DNA of 32,000 nt from Pirellula staleyi DSM 6068 (GTDB taxonomy: Bacteria; Planctomycetota; Planctomycetia; Pirellulales; Pirellulaceae): positions 2,070,001-2,102,000 of the forward strand of contig CP001848.1 in the NCBI GenBank assembly GCA_000025185.1, given 5' to 3'. Below the pieces are notes generated by a model, which was given only the letters and a program-made list of their open reading frames with translations, was not told the origin of the DNA and ran no database searches. This document shows positions 15,369 through 22,985 of the stretch, piece after piece (position 1 is the first letter of the stretch; every line of letters starts with the position of its first letter). Position numbers and translations under genes: made by a program.

Positions 15369-17555
15369 TTAATGATTCGTGCAGAATTCTCGAGAGACGA
15401 GGAGTGCCCAAAATAGGTCGTTCATGGCTTGCTGCCTGCCATCGCGCGCGATCGCGGCTGTCAGAATCGGCTCTAGTCGCGAGCGTTCAGCAGCGGTGAG
15501 ATCGCGCGCGTAAGCCAGATGCCAGACGCGCGTGAGGAAGTGCGACGAGAAGTCGTGGTTGTCAACGGTCGCCATCACCCACTCGGGCGGAAATGTGATG
15601 CGGCGGTTGAGTAGTGGCCCGGTTTGCAAGTGGAGCTGTGTCGCCAAGCTATCGCTCGCGGCGGGCTGATTGGCCACGCTACAACCCATCTTCACATCGC
15701 AGCGCCCCAGAATCGCTAGTTCATCGGCTGCCACTTGATCCTCTGTTTTTTTGCCGTCGCGCGAGTCACTAGGAAGCGGCCGACCGAGCGGGGGTCGTAG
15801 TTGCTTCCCGAGCGATGTCGCATCGTTGATCGCTTGCAGTAGCACTTCCGCTGGCAGTGGACGGACGCGCGAGGCAGCGAGGTACTGAAGCTCGAGCGGC
15901 GATGCTGCGGGATCGCTCGCGCGCGCATAGGTATCGGTTTGAGCAATCTCGGTGAGAAGTGGACGCAAGCGATAGCCCGAGCGCTGAAAATGAAGGGCCA
16001 GTTTCGTGAGGAGCACAGGATGCGAAGCAGGATTGGTCGAGCGAAGATCGTCGACCGGATGTACTAGTCCGCGCGCGAACATCGCTTCCCAAACGCGATT
16101 GGTCCACGCGACCGCCAGCTGCGAAGGTTCGCCAGCGAGTAGCGAATCGACGAGTGCCGGGCGATGATCGATCCCTGGCTGAAGCGGTTTTCCACCAGGA
16201 ATTTGCGGGATTGCATCACTTTCGGTAGCCGGGTGCGCGACCCGTAAATCACTCCGAAAACGGACGATTTCGCGTCGCTCGACTCCCGCAAAGATGGCGG
16301 CCAGACCGTGGTAGTCGTCTTGCCGCCAGCGGTCGAGCGGATGGTCGTGACAGTTTGCACAGCCGATGCGAATGCCAGCGAACGACTGCGCGTAAGCCTC
16401 AGCCGCTTGTCGTGCGTCGGGCTCATTACGGTGATAGTTCGCGGGAGGAACGTCGGTTGTTACACCTTCGGCCAGGATCAGCTCGCGCGCGACCTGGTCG
16501 AGGGGGCGATCGCTTGCGATCTGCTCACGAAGCCAGGTATGCAGCCTCTTGGTGCTTGCGAAATCAGCGGGCCCGACGCGCATGCGCAGCCAAGAAGAGA
16601 CACGCCAGGTCCAGTAGTCCGTGGCATCGTCGCTTGTCAAAAGTTGCTCAGCCCGTTGTTTCCAAGAGTCGCTGCGTCTGGTGCTACTGGTGAGCAGTTC
16701 GACTTCCTGGGGTGTAGGAATACGCCCCGCCAGATCGAGCGTCATGCGCCGCAGCAGTGCGTGATCGCTCGCTCGCTTGCGGGGCGTGAGCTGAAGTTCA
16801 TCGAGTACCAGCTGCGCTTCGTGATCGATCCAGTGCATTGCGCCGGACTGAGGGGGGACTGATTTGGGATTCGCTCGGGCGGTGGTGATCGTGGTGGTGG
16901 CGATGGCTCGCTGGTAGCGGGCGATGATGGCATGGCGTCCAGGCTGAAGGACTTTCAGGCGACCATCGACCGAAACGTCGAGCGCTGCCGGATCGGCAGA
17001 GGTAAAAATCGCGAGTCGGGTGACATCACGCGATTCTCCCGTGGTGCTGGTGACGACCGCGCGAAGCTGCTGGCTCTCTCCATCGGTTTCGATCGTAAGC
17101 GCGAGGGATGCTGTGCTGGCGCTCGTGCCGCGTGGTGCTCCGGCGGCGATCCAGCCTAGAATTCGCCGCGCCTCGTCGCTGTCTGCACTGAAACGCTCGC
17201 CACCTTCGTGATCGACTTGCCAGGTCGGTTTGAGAAGCACCAAACTCCGCTCGGGCTGGCTAAAGTTAACCCGGCGGGACTCGAGGGCGTCGACAATCTC
17301 GCGATGATCGGCATCGGGTTTGCCACCAAACAGCGAGAGGCGAAATCCGCCACGACCAGCAGCAGCGCCGTGGCAAGCAGCGGTGTTACAGCCGGCACGA
17401 GAAAGGGTCGGCAGAACGATCTCTTCAAAATAGGCTGCGGGAAGGGGAGCGTCGGCGATGGTGGCTTCTTCAGCGGCGGCGATCGCTGGAATGAGGAGTA
17501 AGAGTATGCTCAAAAGGCATCGAGAGAGCCGACCGTTTGTCGGAGGTGTCGCCAT
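15369..17555 (-). CDS. DUF1549 (PSCyt2) / DUF1553 (PSD1) protein with an N-terminal Cys/His motif domain and a Big_2-like Ig domain
   Basis: 728 aa starting at ATG 17555 with an AGGAGAGG Shine-Dalgarno sequence, plus a signal peptide. GCNTAACHG lies at nt 17370-17390. An Ig-like segment follows (LALTIETDGESQQLRAVVTS...VSVDGRLKVLQPG). The DUF1549 motif is IGCANCHDHPLD and the PSD1-like C-terminus includes NRVWEAMFARGLVHPVDD. Confidence 0.9.
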   Translation of the reverse strand: MATPPTNGRLSRCLLSILLLLIPAIAAAEEATIADAPLPAAYFEEIVLPTLSRAGCNTAACHGAAAGRGGFRLSLFGGKPDADHREIVDALESRRVNFSQPERSLVLLKPTWQVDHEGGERFSADSDEARRILGWIAAGAPRGTSASTASLALTIETDGESQQLRAVVTSTTGESRDVTRLAIFTSADPAALDVSVDGRLKVLQPGRHAIIARYQRAIATTTITTARANPKSVPPQSGAMHWIDHEAQLVLDELQLTPRKRASDHALLRRMTLDLAGRIPTPQEVELLTSSTRRSDSWKQRAEQLLTSDDATDYWTWRVSSWLRMRVGPADFASTKRLHTWLREQIASDRPLDQVARELILAEGVTTDVPPANYHRNEPDARQAAEAYAQSFAGIRIGCANCHDHPLDRWRQDDYHGLAAIFAGVERREIVRFRSDLRVAHPATESDAIPQIPGGKPLQPGIDHRPALVDSLLAGEPSQLAVAWTNRVWEAMFARGLVHPVDDLRSTNPASHPVLLTKLALHFQRSGYRLRPLLTEIAQTDTYARASDPAASPLELQYLAASRVRPLPAEVLLQAINDATSLGKQLRPPLGRPLPSDSRDGKKTEDQVAADELAILGRCDVKMGCSVANQPAASDSLATQLHLQTGPLLNRRITFPPEWVMATVDNHDFSSHFLTRVWHLAYARDLTAAERSRLEPILTAAIARDGRQQAMNDLFWALLVSREFCTNH

Positions 17556-17630
17556 GACCAGCCTCTCCTCTTGCGAAACTCCAGCCGGGGCACAGCACCA
17601 GCGTGCTTGATTTATCGTAGCAGAGGAGCG

Positions 17631-18323
17631 CTACTGATTGCCAACTTGGCGGAGGTATTCGCTCAAGCGTGCTTGCAGGTCGATGATCGCTTGCCATTGC
17701 CGCATATCGAGTGGTACGCGTCCACTCTTGGGATCGACTTTCACCGAGCCGATGAGGTTCCGCATCCGGATGTGAAAGAACTCCAGGATTTCGGCGAGTT
17801 GGGCCGCTTGTCCGGGGCTCATCCGTTCGGGGAGTTCTGGCGGCTCGAGGGCGTGGAGTGTGGCTTGCAGATCGCCATCTTCATTCCACGAGAGTTCGAA
17901 ATCGAGGCTCGAGGCATCGACCGCTTTTTGAGCCTGTTCGGGATCGACCGTCGCGCCTGCATCGTGATCGCCCCCTCGCAAGCGCGAGAGACGTTCGGCA
18001 ATTTGATCGCGTGAGCCGAAGAGTAAAACACTACGACCGATGCCGATCATGTCGCCATAGCGCAGGATGCGAAGCTGAACATCTTCGCCGTTGACCTTGG
18101 TGCCGTTGGTGCTTTCCAGATCGGTGATCACGAGTCGATTGTGATCTTCCTGGATCTTCACGTGATAACGACTCACCCGCTCATCGTTGAGCTGGATGGT
18201 GTTACCCTCTTCGCGACCAATGGTGATCGGCGGGATGAGGTTCTGGTATTCGCGGCCACGGTCGGCACCGTCGAGCACGCGGAGCGTTATGCCACCCTTC
18301 ATCACACCATCGCAGAATTGCAC
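17631..18323 (-). CDS. FHA domain-containing protein
   Basis: The N-terminal FHA domain reads ITIGREEGNTIQLNDERVSRYHVKIQEDHNRLVITDLESTNGTKVNG. The C-terminal half (about 120 aa) is acidic, helical and unassigned. The track start is GTG 18323; ATG 18302 (MKGGITLRVLDG) is an equally plausible start. Confidence 0.85.
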   Translation of the reverse strand: MQFCDGVMKGGITLRVLDGADRGREYQNLIPPITIGREEGNTIQLNDERVSRYHVKIQEDHNRLVITDLESTNGTKVNGEDVQLRILRYGDMIGIGRSVLLFGSRDQIAERLSRLRGGDHDAGATVDPEQAQKAVDASSLDFELSWNEDGDLQATLHALEPPELPERMSPGQAAQLAEILEFFHIRMRNLIGSVKVDPKSGRVPLDMRQWQAIIDLQARLSEYLRQVGNQ

Positions 18324-18378
18324 TAGATGCTAAGTGTTGATCAGGACTTACAAGTGTCCCGATCACTGTTCCGCGAGA

Positions 18379-18408
18379 ATTATAGCATGCGGCTCGGCAA
18401 GATGTGAG
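18379..18408 (-). promoter_or_regulatory. Candidate sigma70-like promoter in front of the FHA gene
   Basis: On the minus strand the element reads CTCACA (complement of 18403-18408), then 18 nt, then a perfect TATAAT (complement of 18379-18384). It sits about 55 nt upstream of the first possible FHA start. Whether planctomycete housekeeping promoters follow this consensus is uncertain. Confidence 0.25.
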
Positions 18409-18433
18409 TCGCTACGAACGGATGCTGCCGGGC

Positions 18434-18862
18434 TTACGAAGAAGCCGCTTTGCTCGCCGGACCAGCTTGTGCGGGGGCCGAAACTGCGGTGGCAGGGCCA
18501 GAGTTCGACACAAGTTCGACGATTTGGGCAACAGCCGCCTCGAGCGACCGCCGGGCCATCTGAAAATTGGTGTGCGACGATATTTCGGGCTGAATGCGGG
18601 CAAAATCGGCGGTGGCGGACTTCAATTTGCCCAGTTTTTTCCGAGCCAAATGGAGATAAGCATCGGGATCGCTCGCCGCGAGGGGGCCGCCGAGAGCCAG
18701 CATGTAGTCGTACAAATCGCGGTGCACCGCAGCCAGTTCGTCGTCGTCGGCAGCTTCGTCGCTATGTTTTAGGAACGCGCGGACCATCCAAACGTGGCTC
18801 AGCAGCGTGTCGATCGCGAGCATGCGCTCGTGGGACGATAAGGGCGATGCGGTGTCACTCAT
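18434..18862 (-). CDS. Hypothetical acidic helical protein (no family recognised)
   Basis: 142 aa starting at ATG 18862: MSDTASPLSSHERMLAIDTLLSHVWMVRAFLKHSDEAADDDEL.... The composition looks coding and the tail is Ala/Pro/Ser-rich. The competing plus-strand ORFs (18334-18939, 18404-18772) are Arg-rich shadows. Confidence 0.65.
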   Translation of the reverse strand: MSDTASPLSSHERMLAIDTLLSHVWMVRAFLKHSDEAADDDELAAVHRDLYDYMLALGGPLAASDPDAYLHLARKKLGKLKSATADFARIQPEISSHTNFQMARRSLEAAVAQIVELVSNSGPATAVSAPAQAGPASKAASS

Positions 18863-18946
18863 GTCCGCTATTAGAAAGGAGCAACCCGGCTGGTTTCAAG
18901 GGTTCTGCCAGGGTTTCCCCGAAACATCAACGGTTGTGAATGGGGC

Positions 18947-19573
18947 TCAAGATTGTGGGGGAGAAACTGTCTCGGGTGGCGGGGGCTGCTGCGCGGCTGG
19001 TGTTATAGCGGCTGTTGTAGCGGCGGAAGGTGGCGTTGCGACCACCGCCCCCTGCACTACCCAGTGCGACGCGTAGCGAACAACGAGTCCGACCACCACC
19101 ACTGCCACGATGGTGACCGCAAAAATCATCGGTGCCGAGAAGGCATATCGGGGGGGCAATAGTTCGGGTGCACCCAGAAGTAGCAAGGGGGCGGGCCAGC
19201 CGATCAAAACGATCAGCGAAACTGGAAGGATGCCGAGCAAGAAGAGCGCGCGACGCTTCGGATCGGTGATGCTGGCGCGGGAAATGATGCCGACCCCAAA
19301 AAGCCACAGCAAGATCGTAGCGCCGATCAGGAAGGTGAGCACAATCGAAAAGTAGTTCCGCTGCTGAGCACCGACATAATTCACCGAAACCGCCATGCTC
19401 ACTTGCAGCAAGATCATCAGCCACAGAAAGTCGCTCATCTGAAACCGTAGCGGCGCTTTCAGGGAACCCGAAAGTTTGTTGATCGGACCGATCATCAATT
19501 GGGCCGCAATCCAGGTCACTAGGATGTAGATTCCCAGTGGAAGGAGCGGGAGTAGAGCGAAAAGAAATGGCAT
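18947..19573 (-). CDS. Hypothetical polytopic membrane protein (about 5-6 TM) with a Pro/Ala/Thr-rich tail
   Basis: 208 aa from ATG 19573 (MPFLFALLPLLPLGIYILVTW...); the track start is TTG 19597. There are multiple hydrophobic helices and the C-terminus reads ...TPPSAATTAAITPAAQQPPPPETVSPPQS. Confidence 0.7.
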   Translation of the reverse strand: MPFLFALLPLLPLGIYILVTWIAAQLMIGPINKLSGSLKAPLRFQMSDFLWLMILLQVSMAVSVNYVGAQQRNYFSIVLTFLIGATILLWLFGVGIISRASITDPKRRALFLLGILPVSLIVLIGWPAPLLLLGAPELLPPRYAFSAPMIFAVTIVAVVVVGLVVRYASHWVVQGAVVATPPSAATTAAITPAAQQPPPPETVSPPQS

Positions 19574-19644
19574 ACGTTCGGCCCGGTGAGTCTGCAAGGC
19601 ATCTTATCGAGCAGTATTTTTCCGAGGAGCATCCAAGAGTCGGA

Positions 19645-20157
19645 CTATTGCTTCAGTTGCTGCTTCACAGCAGCGAGTAATTCTCGCAGGTTACGTGGGT
19701 TCTGGCCAAGGTCGCCTTTGCCAATCCGTGAAGCACTCCGAGCACTCAGCAGCGATCCCGTTGGCGTCAGCTGAATCGTCACATGAATGTCGTCGACATA
19801 ACGCATCAGACCGGTCGTACGTGTCAGGTGTAGCTCGGCCCCCTGCTCGCTCAGCTTCTCTTCTTCGAGTTTCCAGTGCGACATCGGCGCGATTGCTGCA
19901 GCGACCACTTTAGCCAAATCGCTGGGAGGAAGTGTCGAGGCGATCGGCCGCTGTCGCTCGTCTTGATGGTCGGGAGCGGTGGCGGCGGTGTTGGTCGAAA
20001 GATCGCGGCTCCAGTCCTCAATTTTGAGGGCAATATTCACAAGCACTGCCACTAGTAAGAGTGCAGCAATGGCGGCGACGATCATCAAAATAGTAGACAT
20101 GCGCGTTCTACGTGGAGCCTCGGTGGAACTAGTTTCGCGGGGGGGAGAGGTTGACAT
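19645..20157 (-). CDS. Membrane-anchored DUF1499-like protein
   Basis: The ORF has a single N-terminal TM helix (ILMIVAAIAALLLVAVLVNIAL). The C-terminal block LMRYVDDIHVTIQ...LSARSASRIGKGDLGQNPRNLRELL resembles the DUF1499 signature (S-x-S-R-x-G-x-x-D-x-G-x-N) as I remember it. Start options are ATG 20157, ATG 20100 and TTG 20169. Confidence 0.6.
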   Translation of the reverse strand: MSTSPPRETSSTEAPRRTRMSTILMIVAAIAALLLVAVLVNIALKIEDWSRDLSTNTAATAPDHQDERQRPIASTLPPSDLAKVVAAAIAPMSHWKLEEEKLSEQGAELHLTRTTGLMRYVDDIHVTIQLTPTGSLLSARSASRIGKGDLGQNPRNLRELLAAVKQQLKQ

Positions 20158-20312
20158 GGGGTGTGGCAATGGAAATCAGTGAAGGTCCAAAGAGAGGCTC
20201 GTGCGAAACAGCCGCTTCGCACGCTAATATGTTACGGCAGTGTGCAAGGGCTCTGGTGCCGAAAAGTTTGTTTTCGAAGACAAAAGCCCCCTCCCAGCGG
20301 GAAAGTGCGGCG

Positions 20313-21638
20313 ATGAACCTGTTTGAACAAGCCGAGCGCGACAATTTAAAGCGGGCGCAGCCTCTGGCCGCGCGCATGCGCCCGCAGCGGCTCGAGGAAT
20401 TCGCGGGACAGCAGCACTTTCTCGGGGAAGGGAAACTGCTGCGGCGTCTGCTGAAGGCTGATCGACTCGGCAGCGTGCTGTTTTATGGTCCCCCCGGGTG
20501 TGGAAAAACGACGCTCGCCCGACTTTTGGCCGTGGCGAGCAAACGTCGTTTTGTGCAGCTGTCGGCAGTGACCAGCGGCGTGAAAGAGCTGCGCGAAATG
20601 CTTGAGAAAGCACGGGACGAACTATCGACCGGTGGCTTTCGGACGCTACTGTTTGTCGACGAGATTCATCGCTACAGCAAATCGCAGCAAGACGCTCTGT
20701 TGCCCGATGTCGAAGAGGGAATTGTCACGCTCGTCGGCGCAACCACTTCCAATCCCTTTTTCGCCGTGAATGCGGCCTTGGTGAGCCGTAGTCAGATTTT
20801 TCAGTTCCTGCCACTTTCGGTCGACGATATCAAAACGCTGCTTGCGCGGGCTCTGGCCGATCGATCGCGTGGGCTTGGTAGTCATGAAGTGATTCTGGAA
20901 CCAGAGGCGGCTGAGTTTCTCGCAACATCGAGTGAAGGAGATGCTCGCCGCGCGCTCACAGCGCTCGAGATCGGTGTGCTCAGTAGTAGCGAGCGGCCCC
21001 TCCGATTTACGCGGGAATTGGCCGAAGAATCGCTGCAAAAGAAGGCGGTGGTGTACGATCCCGATGGGGATGGGCACTACGACACCACGAGCGCACTGAT
21101 CAAAAGTATTCGCGGGAGTGATGTCGACGCGGCGCTCTACTGGCTTGCGCGGATGCTCGAAGCGGGTGAAGAGATTCGGTTCATCTGTCGCCGACTTGTG
21201 ATCCTAGCGAGCGAAGATATTGGCAACGCTGATCCGCAGGCGCTGGTACTAGCGATGGCGGCCCATCAAGCTTGCGAGTTCATCGGACTCCCCGAGTGCC
21301 AGCTCACACTTTCGCAAACGGTGGCCTACCTCGCGACCGCGCCGAAGAGTAACGCCGCCACCACTTCCATTTCAGCGGCTCGCGCCGATGTGCGCGACAA
21401 TCGGGTCCTGCCAGTTCCGGCCAAACTTCGCGACGCGCATTACTCTGGGAGCCAGCGTCTCGGGCATGGCGAGGGCTATCAATACTCGCACGATGCACCG
21501 GGGGGAGTGGCTGCGCAAGACTATCTGGGGGTTGAGAAGACGTACTATCATCCGACCGATCGTGGATATGAAAAAGAAATCGGTGAGCGATTGAAAGTGA
21601 TTCGCAAACTGCTGCGTGGAGAGGAGCCAGCACCATGA
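20313..21638 (+). CDS. rarA: Replication-associated recombination protein A (AAA+ ATPase RarA/MgsA)
   Basis: 441 aa from ATG 20313 (MNLFEQAERDNLKRAQPLAARMRPQRLEEFAGQQH). Walker A is FYGPPGCGKTTLARLLA and Walker B is LLFVDEIHRYSKSQQDALLP, followed by the VGATTSNPFF block and a MgsA C-terminal helical domain. The 54-codon N-terminal extension in the track (20151) overlaps the divergent DUF1499-like gene and was trimmed. Confidence 0.92.
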   Translation: MNLFEQAERDNLKRAQPLAARMRPQRLEEFAGQQHFLGEGKLLRRLLKADRLGSVLFYGPPGCGKTTLARLLAVASKRRFVQLSAVTSGVKELREMLEKARDELSTGGFRTLLFVDEIHRYSKSQQDALLPDVEEGIVTLVGATTSNPFFAVNAALVSRSQIFQFLPLSVDDIKTLLARALADRSRGLGSHEVILEPEAAEFLATSSEGDARRALTALEIGVLSSSERPLRFTRELAEESLQKKAVVYDPDGDGHYDTTSALIKSIRGSDVDAALYWLARMLEAGEEIRFICRRLVILASEDIGNADPQALVLAMAAHQACEFIGLPECQLTLSQTVAYLATAPKSNAATTSISAARADVRDNRVLPVPAKLRDAHYSGSQRLGHGEGYQYSHDAPGGVAAQDYLGVEKTYYHPTDRGYEKEIGERLKVIRKLLRGEEPAP

Positions 21639-22852
21639 GTGGTGTGGCTTTGGTAAGTCAAGCTGCGGAGAACGAGGCGGAACTCGCCAGCGCAGTGGAG
21701 CAGCGTTCGCTCGATGGCCAGCTCACCTCGCTCCGCTGGATTGTTGTCCTTGCGCAAGGGACGACAATTATGCTCACGCTGCCGCTCTGGAAAGTGCGCA
21801 CCAGCCCACCCAATTTGCCGCTCGTCGATTGGCTAAGTGGGGGTGATTGGCCGATCGATTTTCATTGGATTTTGCTCGGTTCACTCGTCGTGGCGCTTAC
21901 GCGGCCCGCTATCGGGGCCGCTCTGCACTTGGTGCTGCTGGTGCTCTCGATTTTGGCCGATCAACTTCGAATGCAGCCCGAATGTATTTCCCTGGCGCTA
22001 CTGCTGATCGGCACCACTTGGGGTTCGGCCGGGAAGATCATCGCGCGGTCGCATCTCATTGCACTCTGGTTTTTTGCCGGGCTCCACAAGCTACTTTCGC
22101 CCGACTATTTGGAGTCTTCCGGACCAGACAACTTCCTGCGCGCGATGCCCACCCTCTCCATTTCTATGGCTTCGTACCTGGCAGTGGCGCTGGCCATCTG
22201 GGAACTGCTGCAGGGAGTGCTGCTGCTTATTTATCCCTTGCGACGGATCGCTGGATTTAGCGCGCTCATTCTGCACACGCTCATTTTGTCCGGGCTTGTA
22301 GCGTCGAACTTGAACACCGCCGTGTGGCCTTGGAACGTTGCCCTTGCCTCTGCAGGGCTGCTGCTGATTCCCCAACCGATCGAGGTGACATCGCAACAGC
22401 GTTGGCACGTGCTGGCCTATCTCGTGGGGCTCGTCCTGCTGCTGTCGCCCCCTTTGTACTACGTCGGAAAGCTCGATGCCTATCTGGCACATTGCCTCTA
22501 CAGCGACAACACACCCCAAGCAGCTTACTACGATCGCACTGGAGGGAGCCGGTATCTCAGTAGTGTGACGATGGATGCGATGAACGTTCCATTTCCACCG
22601 GCCCATCGCTTGTTTTTTCAGTACTTTGATCGTGTCTCGCAGGCAGGTGATTCGCTGGTGATAACCGACGAACGTTCCTGGGCCAAAGCCCATAGACTCG
22701 ACAAATTAGAATTGAAAGCGGATTGGCTGCGACCACTACCTCAGTCTGCATCGCAACTGGAAGAGCAAGGACTGCTGCCGATGTCGCCACTTCCACTCCC
22801 AGGCGCGATTGATGGCGAGGAAAGCAGCCTTAAGCCGGACGACAAAGAGTAG
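21635..22852 (+). CDS. Hypothetical multi-pass membrane protein (possibly DoxX/MauE-like core) with a soluble C-terminal region
   Basis: 405 aa. ATG 21635 overlaps the rarA stop codon (ATGA). About 7 hydrophobic helices are present, and ALWFFAGLHKLLSP resembles the DoxX/MauE F-x-x-G-x-x-K-L motif, which is a weak recognition. The last 120 or so aa are hydrophilic. Confidence 0.7.
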   Translation: MSGVALVSQAAENEAELASAVEQRSLDGQLTSLRWIVVLAQGTTIMLTLPLWKVRTSPPNLPLVDWLSGGDWPIDFHWILLGSLVVALTRPAIGAALHLVLLVLSILADQLRMQPECISLALLLIGTTWGSAGKIIARSHLIALWFFAGLHKLLSPDYLESSGPDNFLRAMPTLSISMASYLAVALAIWELLQGVLLLIYPLRRIAGFSALILHTLILSGLVASNLNTAVWPWNVALASAGLLLIPQPIEVTSQQRWHVLAYLVGLVLLLSPPLYYVGKLDAYLAHCLYSDNTPQAAYYDRTGGSRYLSSVTMDAMNVPFPPAHRLFFQYFDRVSQAGDSLVITDERSWAKAHRLDKLELKADWLRPLPQSASQLEEQGLLPMSPLPLPGAIDGEESSLKPDDKE

Positions 22853-22873
22853 GACGAGAAGTAGTTCGTTCAC

Positions 22874-22915
22874 AAAAAAAGCGAGCGGATGAACTTCGAA
22901 AGCTCATCCGCTCGC
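22874..22915 (-). terminator. Rho-independent terminator of the MFS transporter gene
   Basis: A perfect 12-bp stem pairs GCGAGCGGATGA (22881-22892) with TCATCCGCTCGC (22904-22915). Three more pairs (CTT/AAG) lie after one mismatch and the loop is 3 nt. On the minus strand the hairpin is followed directly by UUUUUUU (A7 at 22874-22880 on plus). It lies 70 nt downstream of the minus-strand stop at 22986, between convergent genes. Confidence 0.7.
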
Positions 22916-22985
22916 GCTTGCAGATTCGTGATGTTGCTGGCCCCAAGTTACTTCATCAGCGAGTAATCATGGACTCGTCGAGCGT

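Noticed and set aside
20151-20312. N-terminal extensions suggested by the ORF track for rarA (20151), and likewise for pyrC (24623), PQQ-2 (26150) and PQQ-1 (3460).
   Set aside because: The extensions are non-homologous to the respective families. They either overlap the divergent neighbour or precede an obvious signal peptide or Shine-Dalgarno plus ATG. Internal starts were used instead.
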